Shown: positions 1 to 7,860 of the stretch, piece after piece
Layout: each line of letters begins with the position of its first letter
Position numbering within the stretch: the stretch's first letter is position 1
NCBI GenBank assembly: GCA_041601915.1
Contig: JBFIHF010000012.1
Location: forward strand, 1 to 46,056
DNA: 46,056 nt
Source of the DNA: Bradymonadaceae bacterium
GTDB taxonomy: Bacteria; Myxococcota_A; Bradymonadia; Bradymonadales; Bradymonadaceae
Direction of reading: 5' to 3'
The notes under the pieces: model-generated
Seen by the model: the letters and a program-made list of their open reading frames with translations, nothing else
Database searches by the model: none
Told to the model about the DNA's origin: nothing
Position numbers and translations under genes: made by a program

Positions 1-129
1 GGTGAGCATCGAACACTGATGAGCGAGGTTTCGGCGAGGGGTACACATGAGGGCCTCCAGGCAAATGGTCCACTCACGTAATCGGCCGTTCGGCCGTTCC
101 GTTGCGTACTTTTTTTCCGGCGCCTCGAT

Positions 130-530
130 CGCGGCGGTATTACTGGAGATGCACGTCCGTCGGACCGTGCGCGTTCTCGGCCGGACCGTGCGCGTTCTCG
201 GCCGTGCGGGAGATGCACGTCCGTCGGACCGTGCGCGTTCTCGGCCGGGACCGTGCGCGTTCTCGGCCGTGCGCGTTCTCGGCCGTGCGCGTTCTCGGCC
301 GGACCGTGCGCGTTCTCGGCCGGACCGTGCGCGTTCTCGGCTCGGACCGTGCGCGTTCTCGGCTGCTCGCGATCTACTTCCGTCGGTCGGTGCGGTCGGG
401 GGTGCCCCGGTGCGTTCGGGGGTGCCGGTCGCGGTGCGCGTTTCGAGGGGCGCGTGCGAACGTGGACCTGGTGGCGGCTGCGATCGCGGCGCCGCTGCTC
501 GCGATCTACTTCCGTCGGTCGGTGTCGCCG
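130..530. repeat. Complex tandem-repeat array, non-coding. About 9 copies of a GTGCGCGTTCTCGGCC core, mostly as a 21-nt unit GGACCGTGCGCGTTCTCGGCC (~155-365). There are 2 copies of a 37-nt GAGATGCACGTCCGTCGGACCGTGCGCGTTCTCGGCC unit, and 2 copies of the 31-nt GCTGCTCGCGATCTACTTCCGTCGGTCGGTG at 362-392 and 494-524.
   Basis: Direct reading of the sequence shows head-to-tail repeats with no intervening unique spacers. The array lies in the 3' flank of the minus-strand pspA gene, which ends at 556. Confidence 0.85.
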
Positions 531-555
531 CGGGGGCGCCAGGTGTCGCGGGGGG

Positions 556-1319
556 CTACTGGAATTTCTTCTTGAGGTCGGCGAGGTCGTCGTCGCCTTT
601 CTTCTTGCGCTCGAGCTTGTCGAAGATGTCCTCGAGTTGTCGGCGGCGCGGGTCGATGAGGGGGTCGTCATCGGCGAGGTCGTGCATCGCCTCGATGTCG
701 GCCTCCATGGCATTGATCTTTGACGACATGCGGTCGAACTCATCGAACGACCGGCGGGCGCCGAAGTCATCGACCATGTCGTCCAAGGGGTCCAGATGCT
801 GGGGTGATCTTGGGCGGTCGCGGTCGGGGCGGTGCTTGTCTTCGCCCATTCGGCGCCGCATCTCGGCGTCCCACGCGGACTCGTCGCGGGAAGCGTGCGA
901 CGTGGTGTGGGTGCCGTCCTGCGACGTCAGGCGTCCGCGGGCCCCCTCGAGCTTCATCTGCAGGGCTTCGAGGGCGCGTTCGATGTCCTGGATCTGGGCG
1001 CGGTAGTCATCGAGTTGATCGCGCAGACGCGCGGCCTGGTCCAGCGACTTGTTCTTCATGACGAGCGCCTCGCGGGCGAGTTCCTCGTCGCCGGCCTGCA
1101 GCGCCATCACGGCGCGGTCCTCCCAGCGGTTGGCGGTATCGCGCACCTCTCGAACCTGCTTGATGAGGCTGGCCTCGGACTGTCGGAGCTTGGCCTTCTG
1201 GAGCCGCGCGTCGCGCAAGGAGCTCTCCATGTCGGTCATCGCGTTCTTGAACGAGGAACCACGGCCGAGGTCGTTGAGTTCGCTTCGAATGAGAAGATTA
1301 AGCCGATCGAGAATGCTCA
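556..1319 (-). CDS. pspA: PspA/IM30 (Vipp1) family membrane-stress protein, ~254 aa with an acidic/basic C-terminal tail.
   Basis: The translation MSILDRLNLLIRSELNDL...AVMALQAGDEELAREALVMKNK matches the PspA coiled-coil family (compare E. coli [22 protein letters not shown]). The ATG at 1317-1319 overlaps the stop of the upstream gene (ATGA). The ORF track gives a longer N-terminal extension (to 1905) that is not supported. Confidence 0.85.
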
Positions 1320-2417
1320 TGGTTCGTCGCCGAAAAGGTTCAGGTTTTGGCCGGTGTTGGGCGATGGGCCGCGCGCGATGCCGGGTCCGATGAGATCTTG
1401 CGCAGTGGTCGGCGTTTCGACTTCCCAGCCCGCGGAGTTGGCGCCGCGGAACAAGATCCTGCCGCCGAGTCGTCGTCGGAAGTCGGTCCATGACTCGGGC
1501 GCTGCGGCGGACGTCGTCTCCCCTCGCTCCGCCGACAACATGTTCATCCGGCTGTCGATCATGTCGATCTGATGCAGCAGCAGCGCCTCCGGTGTCATCG
1601 GCTTGATGGGCGAGCCGTACTCCAACTCGCCGTGGTGAGACAGGACGAGGTGCTTGAGGTGCATCTGCAGATCGTCGGAAATGGGCGATTTCGCGCGCGC
1701 CGCAACACGGCCGACGTGTTCGGCGCCCATCGGAATGTGACCGACGAGTCGTCCCTGCGTGCTGTAGTCGAAGGCGCGGCGGTAACTCAGCTCCCAGACT
1801 TTGGCGAAGTCGTGGAGGACGACCCCGGCGAGCAAGAGATCGCGATTGATGAGGCCTGGATAGTAGGCGTCGTAGTGTTCGGCCAACCGCAGGGCGACTC
1901 CGCACATGGATAACACGTGTTCGATGAGCCCCCCCAGGTACGCATGGTGGTTGCTCATCGCGGCCGGTGCGGTCCGGAACTGCCGGGCCGTTTCCTCGTC
2001 CTCAAACAGCGCATCAAGGAAGGCGCGGATCTGTTCGCTTTCGACGTGCTCGCTGAGCAGGTCGCGCAGTTGGGCCCACAATGTCGCCGTCTCCCACCGC
2101 GACGTCGGGAAGTAGTCCGCGAGATCAACGGCATCGTCGGCGAGACGATCGAGATCCGCGACGTCGAGCTGCAGCGCATCGCCGTAACGTGTGACCTCAC
2201 CGCGCAACGCGACGAAATCATCGACTTCCAGGCGCGCCCCCAGAGCTTCGGGATCGGTCCACGCGCGTCCCTCGATGCGGCCGGAGCGATCCGCGAGCGT
2301 GAGTCGCAGGTACAACTCGCCGGTTCGCGACGGACGGATCGCCTTGTCCAAGACGAGGAACGTGCTCTGGACGAGATCTCCTTCGCTCAGCGCATCGACG
2401 TAGACCTTTTCACTCAT
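1317..2417 (-). CDS. OB-fold + HD-domain phosphohydrolase, a YhaM-like 3'-5' exonuclease family protein.
   Basis: There is an N-terminal OB-fold (MSEKVYVDAL...) and HD-domain motifs (NHHAYLGGLIEHVLSM, VLHDFAKV, LVLSHHG). The architecture is the same as B. subtilis YhaM. The gene is translationally coupled to pspA by an ATGA overlap. Confidence 0.75.
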   Translation of the reverse strand: MSEKVYVDALSEGDLVQSTFLVLDKAIRPSRTGELYLRLTLADRSGRIEGRAWTDPEALGARLEVDDFVALRGEVTRYGDALQLDVADLDRLADDAVDLADYFPTSRWETATLWAQLRDLLSEHVESEQIRAFLDALFEDEETARQFRTAPAAMSNHHAYLGGLIEHVLSMCGVALRLAEHYDAYYPGLINRDLLLAGVVLHDFAKVWELSYRRAFDYSTQGRLVGHIPMGAEHVGRVAARAKSPISDDLQMHLKHLVLSHHGELEYGSPIKPMTPEALLLHQIDMIDSRMNMLSAERGETTSAAAPESWTDFRRRLGGRILFRGANSAGWEVETPTTAQDLIGPGIARGPSPNTGQNLNLFGDEP

Positions 2418-2539
2418 GCGGGGAGCGTACCCAGCGTGTGCGATGGTGTCGAGCGGGAGGGCGGTCAGAAGCGACTGGAGGGAATCGGCACGACGGCGGT
2501 CGCGGTTCCAACGTTGAAATGCGCGCAACCCGTGGCACA

Positions 2540-4501
2540 ATGATGACGCCTCTCGCCTTCGGTACCCAACTCGATACTGTGTCTGACGACGTCGACCATA
2601 AGTTGTCCCACGACACGCCGACCTTGAGGTCGCTCGTGACGCCCGGCGACGAGGCGATCGGCGGGGACGATTCGCCCGATGCGCTGGTGATCAAGGTCTG
2701 CCGATCGTGCACGCGGTCCGCGCCCGACGACGCGGACTTTTGCCCGGAGTGCGGCGGCGACCTCGTCTCGATTCGGCGTGTCCCGGACATGTATCTGGAA
2801 GAGGTGATCGGCGGGAAGTACCGCATCGTCGAGAAGGTGGGCCAGGGCGGCATGGGTGTCGTGTACCTGGCGCGCAACGACGAGCTCGGCCAGAAAGTCG
2901 CGGTGAAGTTCCTGTCGCAGAAGTTCGCCGACGACGAGAATCTCGTCCTGCGGTTTCTCAACGAGGCGAAGAGTTACTGCCGGGTCAATCACCCCAACGC
3001 GGTGACCCTGCTCGACTACGGTCAACATGGTGACGGCGGGCCGCTGTTCATCATCACCGAGTTCATCGAAGGCAAGAACGTCACGGAGACGCTCAAGGAT
3101 CGCGGGCCGCTGCCGGCGGACACGGTGCTCGACCTCGGGTCGCAGATCGCCGAGGTGCTCTCCGCGGCGCACAGTCAGGGGGTGATCCACCGCGATCTGA
3201 AGCCCGACAACATCATGTTGATGCCGCTTTCGCGGGGCCGCTACGCGGTCAAGGTGCTCGATTTCGGGATCGCGAAGATCGTCGACGAAGAGGAGGGACC
3301 CAACACGGAGACCGGTTCGGTGTTCGGCACGCCGGAGTTCATGTCGCCCGAACAGGCCCGTGGCGACGAGGCCGACGGGCGATCGGACATCTACGCGCTG
3401 GGCGTGATCCTGTTCTACATGATCACCGGCAAGCTCCCGTTTCGGGGCAAGAACAAGCTGGTCGTGCTGAACATGCAGCTCAATGACCCGCCGCCGCGGC
3501 CGCGGGAAGTGCTGCCGACCACCGATCTGTCGGCCCGATTCGAGACGGTGATCATGAAGTGCCTCAACAAGGGGCCGAATCAGCGCTACGCGTCGGCCGA
3601 TGACCTGCTGGAGGCGTTTGAGGAGCTACGCGTGCCCAGCGGCAGCGCGACCTCGCGCGTGGGGACCGTGCGTGAAACCGCCGCCACACCTCGGCTGCTC
3701 GATAGCGCGGAGGGCCACTGGGAGGAGATTCACTCCCACGGTGAGACGCTTGCTTCCCTGGAGAACTCGGTCGTCGAGTGGGAAGTCGAGTCGATCGAGA
3801 TGGGTCGCCAGCACGACACGGGGCGAGCCCCGCCGCCCGATCGTGGCCCGGGAGCGGTGTCGATTGCGGTGTTGATCGTGGCGGTACTCGCCGTGGCGGC
3901 GCTGTTGTGGCTGGCGCTGGCCGATGATGCGCCTCCGGCCTCGCCCACCCCCAACGAGGCCGTTGAAGACGATCGCACGGAGCAGGTCGATGCCTCGCAC
4001 CGGGACGCGGTGATCGGGATCGTGCGCCGACTGATCGAAGACGGGAAGCTCGAGGACGCGCGCACGACCTATGACTACTCGCCCGTGAGCGATTCGGAGG
4101 CGCGCAAGACGTTGAACCGCGAGCTCACAGCGCTGGAGCGGGTCGGCCGCGATCTCGATGCCGCAATCGCCGCGAAAGATTGCGGGAAGGCCGCGGGGAT
4201 TGCCGCGAGCGTGGCGACCAAGGGTGTTCGCCTCAAGTTCGGCGAGCGTGTCACCGCGTGTCAGGCCGCGGTGAACCCGGTCGTTGCGCCGGCGCCGGCG
4301 CCAGACAAGCAGCCCGTGGTCGAACAACCTCCGGTTCCCGTGGTCCGCCCCAATCCTCAACCCAAACAGGATCCGAAGCCCACACCAGAGCTCGATCCAG
4401 AGCCGGATCCGCCCGTCGTCGAGGCTGAGACCAGCCCGAAACCTGCCAGCGAGAGCGTGCCCGACGACATGACGCTGCCGCCAAAAACACTCGACGATTA
4501 G
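2540..4501 (+). CDS. Membrane-spanning Ser/Thr protein kinase. It has an N-terminal Zn-ribbon, the kinase domain, one TM helix and an extracytoplasmic domain with a Pro-rich tail.
   Basis: The kinase motifs are canonical: GQGGMGVVY, VAVK, HRDLKPDNIM, DFGIAKI and APE-like SPEQ. The N-terminal Zn-ribbon is CRSCTRS...CPECGG. The TM segment is AVSIAVLIVAVLAVAALLWLALA. The start could instead be the in-frame ATG at 2516. Confidence 0.85.
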   Translation: MMTPLAFGTQLDTVSDDVDHKLSHDTPTLRSLVTPGDEAIGGDDSPDALVIKVCRSCTRSAPDDADFCPECGGDLVSIRRVPDMYLEEVIGGKYRIVEKVGQGGMGVVYLARNDELGQKVAVKFLSQKFADDENLVLRFLNEAKSYCRVNHPNAVTLLDYGQHGDGGPLFIITEFIEGKNVTETLKDRGPLPADTVLDLGSQIAEVLSAAHSQGVIHRDLKPDNIMLMPLSRGRYAVKVLDFGIAKIVDEEEGPNTETGSVFGTPEFMSPEQARGDEADGRSDIYALGVILFYMITGKLPFRGKNKLVVLNMQLNDPPPRPREVLPTTDLSARFETVIMKCLNKGPNQRYASADDLLEAFEELRVPSGSATSRVGTVRETAATPRLLDSAEGHWEEIHSHGETLASLENSVVEWEVESIEMGRQHDTGRAPPPDRGPGAVSIAVLIVAVLAVAALLWLALADDAPPASPTPNEAVEDDRTEQVDASHRDAVIGIVRRLIEDGKLEDARTTYDYSPVSDSEARKTLNRELTALERVGRDLDAAIAAKDCGKAAGIAASVATKGVRLKFGERVTACQAAVNPVVAPAPAPDKQPVVEQPPVPVVRPNPQPKQDPKPTPELDPEPDPPVVEAETSPKPASESVPDDMTLPPKTLDD

Positions 4502-4536
4502 GGCGCCCTCAAAGGTGATCACTTAAGGTGCCGCGA

Positions 4537-4865
4537 ATCCGCTGGTCTGCTCAATAATCCCCTATCCGCCGGTCCGCCGGTCCGCCGGTCCGCCGGTCCG
4601 CCGGTCCGCCGGTCCGCCGGTCCGCCGGTCCGCCGGTCCGCTGGTCTGCTGGTCGCCGGTCAAATTCAAACTAAGACCCACACTCGGTTCATGGAGCCAC
4701 CACGCGAAGCGTCGGAGCAACCTCGAGCCTGCTGGTGAACCGCGGCCTCGCCCGTGGAGCGCGAGTGCCTCGTGCGCTTCGCGTGGTGGTTCTGTAGTTG
4801 GTGCGTGGGTCTTAGTTTGAAATTGACCAGCAGACCAGCAGACCAGCGGACCAGCGGAGCGGAAC
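4537..4865. repeat. Long palindromic (hairpin) repeat element, copy A. Arms start GTTCCGCTGGTCTGCTGGTC...GGTCAAATTCAAACTAAGACCCAC and the inner stem is CCACCACGCGAAGCG/CGCTTCGCGTGGTGG. The left arm carries an expanded (CCGGTCCG)n octamer tract.
   Basis: Reverse-complementing the right arm (4801-4865) reproduces the left arm (4628-4683) almost base-for-base. A second copy of the same architecture is at 41207-41419. Confidence 0.8.
4562..4641. repeat. Octamer microsatellite (CCGGTCCG), about 9-10 units, embedded in the left arm of palindromic element A.
   Basis: Perfect tandem units are visible in the sequence. Copy B of the element has only 3 units of the related GCTGGTCT motif, so the tract appears expanded here. 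Confidence 0.9.
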
Positions 4866-4910
4866 ACTTGTGTTGAGTACGCCGTAAGATCCTACCTATT
4901 AGGGCGCCCG

Positions 4911-4948
4911 CCAAAAATGAAAGGCCCACGGGTCACCGTGAGCCTTTC
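4911..4948 (-). terminator. Rho-independent terminator for the minus-strand gene ending at 4984.
   Basis: On the minus strand the sequence reads GAAAGGCTCACGG-GTGAC-CCGTGGGCCTTTC, a ~12-bp stem with one mismatch, followed by ATTTTTGG. Confidence 0.6.
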
Positions 4949-4983
4949 GTCGTTCACCCTCTTCCAGGCCGTCAGAATCGCCG

Positions 4984-5487
4984 TCAGCGCAACACGATGA
5001 CGGTTTTCGCGAGCGCGCTCTGCCCGTACCCGCGGCTGAACACCATCAAGTACTTTCGGTTCGGCGCGAACTTGGATCCGAGCTCGGCGTGCCCATTGAG
5101 GATCTTCTCCGTGCGATCGGAAGGGTAGAAGGTGAAGGTGTCCACCAACTGCTGGGTGCCAGGATTCGTGACGTCGTAGAACGAAATCGCGGCCTGCAAG
5201 GACGCCACCGGCTTGGGCAGGAACGCCATGTACTCGAACTCCCACTTTCCCGATTCGTTGGCGGTGATCTCGTGGGTGTTGACGCTCTTCATGTGCTTGT
5301 ACATCTCATCGTCGCTGCCGAAGCGCGACGGGAAGCGTTTGGTGCTCACCACGATATCGCCGTTCAGCCTCGAAATCCCGCCCTTGGCCGACGCGGGGGA
5401 GCTGATGAGGACGAAGCTCAAGGTGAGCAACAGGCTGATCATGGTGGAAAAGGCGCGATTTTTCTGCAGCTGACGAGTTCGCAACAC
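4984..5487 (-). CDS. Small secreted protein of unknown function, 167 aa, with a predicted signal peptide.
   Basis: A GTG start at 5487 is preceded by AGGAG with a 6-nt spacer. The N-terminus has a positively charged n-region plus MISLLLTLSFVLISSPASA. No recognisable domain was found. The GC content is visibly lower than in neighbouring genes. Confidence 0.6.
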   Translation of the reverse strand: MLRTRQLQKNRAFSTMISLLLTLSFVLISSPASAKGGISRLNGDIVVSTKRFPSRFGSDDEMYKHMKSVNTHEITANESGKWEFEYMAFLPKPVASLQAAISFYDVTNPGTQQLVDTFTFYPSDRTEKILNGHAELGSKFAPNRKYLMVFSRGYGQSALAKTVIVLR

Positions 5488-5732
5488 GACGATCTCCTGG
5501 TGGGCGGTTCAGTGTGACGGCGCTGGCCGGAATGAGTATACGGGGCTGAGTCCCGAATTCTCAACCCAGACCGTGAGCTCTTTGGTGACGGCCGGTTCAG
5601 ACGGGCATGTTGGCGGCAAATTCAGTAGGATCTCATGTCCATTTGCGATGTTCGGGCGGTTGCGCGGTGCCCGGTGATCTGATAGTCAACCAACCGCTTC
5701 GCCGCGAGGTTCGGCGCCCTGAGGAGAACGGC

Positions 5733-7841
5733 GTGCTCTGTCATCAGTGTGGAAGTCCGGTCGACACGCGGGAAGGGGCGTGTGCGAATTGCGGTGCCGA
5801 ACTGAAGGGCGCGCGCCGCCTGAAGCTCACCGAGTCTCGGGGTCTGCGAATTTCGCAGGAGTTGAAGGCGATTCGACTCGAGGCGCAGCTGTTTCCGCCC
5901 GGCGAGGAAGTCGCGAAACGCTTCGTGCTCGGCGAAATGTTGGGCAAGGGTCCCTTCGGCGAAGTGTATCGGGCGCGCGATACCGCGATCGACGCCGAAG
6001 TAGCGGTCAAGATCTTCGCTGCCGAAGTGCTGAAGACCCCGCTGGACGAAGAGCGTTTTCTGCAAGCGACGCGGGCCGGTCGGCGGCTGACGCAGCAGAA
6101 CGTGGTGCGCCTTCACGACTCCGGCGTGCACAAGAGCCACCCCTGGGTGTCGATGCAGTTGCTCGAAGGATTGAGCCTGCGCAAAGTGCTCGACCTTCGA
6201 AAGTCGAAGAATGAGACGTTCACCCTCGCGGAGCTCGAGCCGGTGGTCACGCAGGTGACCCTGGCGCTTCAGCACGTGTCTCGGGATTTCCCGCACGGCG
6301 ATCTGAAGCCAGAGAACATCGTGTTCCTGCCGGAACTGATCAAGATGACGGATTCGTTCCTCCTGGCGGCGTTGCCGGCCAAGGCGATCATCCCGCGTTT
6401 GCGGGAGAATCCGTATTTTGCGCCGGAACTCCACGCCGAGAAGACCGATCCCACGCCGCGCGCCGACGTCTACAGCGTGGGTGTGATCATCGGTGAGATG
6501 ATGTTCGGGCCGGACTACACCCCGGGTTCGCGCAGCGGTGGCGAGCTGGGCGGGGTCGACGCGTTGGTCAAACGTGCGACCGCGTTTGATCCATCGGAGC
6601 GGTATCCGTCGGTGGAAGCGTTGAGTGAAGATCTCGCGACGCTCATCGATACGGGAAGCCTGCTGGAGAAGGGAGCGACGGGTCCGGCCGCGTTCAAGCC
6701 ACCGCCGCCTCCACCGCGAAAGGCCACGCCCACGTTGCCACCGGCGCCGCCGCCAGGCCCGGCGCCATCGGAGGCCTCGGAGGCCGAGGAAGTCGCCACG
6801 GTCGAGTACAATCGTGATCTGGCGAAGAAGCTGCAGGACGACATCTTGACCCGCGAAGTTGGGCGTACGGTGCCGGCGGGGACGAGTCGGACCGTCACGG
6901 CGGCGGTGCCCAAGCCGTCGGGCCCGATCCCCGCTCCGCGCCCCGTGCAGAGCGATGCGAGCCTGAAGACGGGATTGATCGTAGGCGTCGTGGTGTCCCT
7001 CCTCGTGGCGGGGGGCGTCCTGCTGCGCCCCAGCGGCGATGTCGAGCACATCGGCGAGCCACCGGTCGAGATCGGCGAATCGCCGAAGCCCCCGACCCCG
7101 GCGCCGGTCGAACCGGTGGTCGTGGCCGATGCCCCGTCGGTCGAGACCACCGCGCAGGTCGCGTTGGACAAGGTGGGTGTGGCTCAAGGCGCGGCCGTGG
7201 CCGCGCTGATCCCGCCGGTCGAGGCGGTGGACCCCACGCCAGAGCAGACCAACGGCACGACGACTCCAGATGTCGTCGAGCCGGTGCCGGTGAAGCCGGT
7301 GAAGCCCGACGCCGTCAAGACGGTCGAGACGCCGACGAAAGTGGAGAAGCCGGTCGCGACGGGCACCGACTGCGCGGGTGGAATGAAGCTCGTGAAGTCG
7401 TCCAAGATCGGCAACTACTGCATCGACGCCTACGAGTACCCGGGAAGCGGCAGCGTGCCGAAGACGGGCGTCACGTGGTTCCAAGCCAAGAAGTCCTGCG
7501 AGAGCGCCGGCAAGCGCCTGTGCGAGCTCAAGGAGTGGCGCGCCGCCTGCGGGTCGAAGTACCCCTACGGCACGCGCCACAAGCCGGATGGCTGTAACAC
7601 GGCGGACGAAGACGGGTTCGAACGTTCCGCCGCCAAGTCGGGCGCGTTCAAAGACTGCCGCAGTCGCAGCGGGACCTACGACATGGTCGGCAACGCGCAC
7701 GAGTGGGTCGAAGAGCAGCGCATCGCCGGCGGCGGCTACGAGTCGGACGAAGACGTGGGGTCCTGCCGGTATTCGTCCCCGAAATCACCGGGCTCGTCGG
7801 CGGCGTACATTGGCTTCCGCTGCTGCGCCAGCCCCAACTAA
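5733..7841 (+). CDS. Ser/Thr-kinase-like transmembrane protein with an N-terminal Zn-ribbon and a C-terminal periplasmic FGE-sulfatase (SUMF1/formylglycine-generating-enzyme-like) domain. Its catalytic motifs are atypical.
   Basis: A GTG at 5733 is preceded by GAGGAG with a 6-nt spacer. The Zn-ribbon is CHQCGSP...CANCG. The Gly-loop is GKGPFGEVY and the lysine motif VAVKIF, but the catalytic loop is HGDLKPEN (not HRD) and TDSF replaces DFG. There is a Pro-rich linker and a TM segment LIVGVVVSLLVAGGVLL (~6970-7026). The last ~190 aa (...NYCIDAYEYP...GTYDMVGNAHEWV...FRCC) match the FGE-sulfatase fold. Confidence 0.8.
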   Translation: MLCHQCGSPVDTREGACANCGAELKGARRLKLTESRGLRISQELKAIRLEAQLFPPGEEVAKRFVLGEMLGKGPFGEVYRARDTAIDAEVAVKIFAAEVLKTPLDEERFLQATRAGRRLTQQNVVRLHDSGVHKSHPWVSMQLLEGLSLRKVLDLRKSKNETFTLAELEPVVTQVTLALQHVSRDFPHGDLKPENIVFLPELIKMTDSFLLAALPAKAIIPRLRENPYFAPELHAEKTDPTPRADVYSVGVIIGEMMFGPDYTPGSRSGGELGGVDALVKRATAFDPSERYPSVEALSEDLATLIDTGSLLEKGATGPAAFKPPPPPPRKATPTLPPAPPPGPAPSEASEAEEVATVEYNRDLAKKLQDDILTREVGRTVPAGTSRTVTAAVPKPSGPIPAPRPVQSDASLKTGLIVGVVVSLLVAGGVLLRPSGDVEHIGEPPVEIGESPKPPTPAPVEPVVVADAPSVETTAQVALDKVGVAQGAAVAALIPPVEAVDPTPEQTNGTTTPDVVEPVPVKPVKPDAVKTVETPTKVEKPVATGTDCAGGMKLVKSSKIGNYCIDAYEYPGSGSVPKTGVTWFQAKKSCESAGKRLCELKEWRAACGSKYPYGTRHKPDGCNTADEDGFERSAAKSGAFKDCRSRSGTYDMVGNAHEWVEEQRIAGGGYESDEDVGSCRYSSPKSPGSSAAYIGFRCCASPN

Positions 7842-7860
7842 CTTCAAATCAGGAACTCCA

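Noticed and set aside
130-365. Considered whether the 16-21-nt direct repeats are a CRISPR array.
   Set aside because: The units are contiguous, with no unique spacers of regular length; they are too short and irregular. This is a tandem satellite, not CRISPR.
47-1006. Long plus-strand ORFs (47..1006, 102..575, 253..723) over the tandem-repeat region and antisense to pspA.
   Set aside because: Their translations are repetitive Arg/Ala/Pro/Gly low-complexity strings generated by the GC-rich tandem repeats. They overlap the well-supported minus-strand pspA, so they are spurious.
2511-2541. TTGAAA-16-CACAAT promoter-like match upstream of the first kinase.
   Set aside because: The -10 hexamer would overlap the ATG at 2540, so the geometry is inconsistent with the annotated start. 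It could be a chance match, or the start is elsewhere, so I am not calling it.
5640-5700. TTGCGC-17-TAGTCA promoter-like match upstream of the FGE-domain kinase.
   Set aside because: The -10 is weak and the background is GC-rich, so there is not enough to support a call.
5622-7700. 692-aa minus-strand ORF antisense to the FGE-domain kinase gene.
   Set aside because: It is Arg-rich low complexity with no motifs. The sense strand has unambiguous kinase and FGE homology. Long stop-free antisense frames are expected at ~70% GC.
7588-7860. N-terminal extension of purB back to 7588.
   Set aside because: The extension is Ala/Arg/Ser low complexity, and it overlaps the C-terminus of the upstream kinase/FGE gene. 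Homology to PurB starts exactly at MLARYARPQMTELW (7861).
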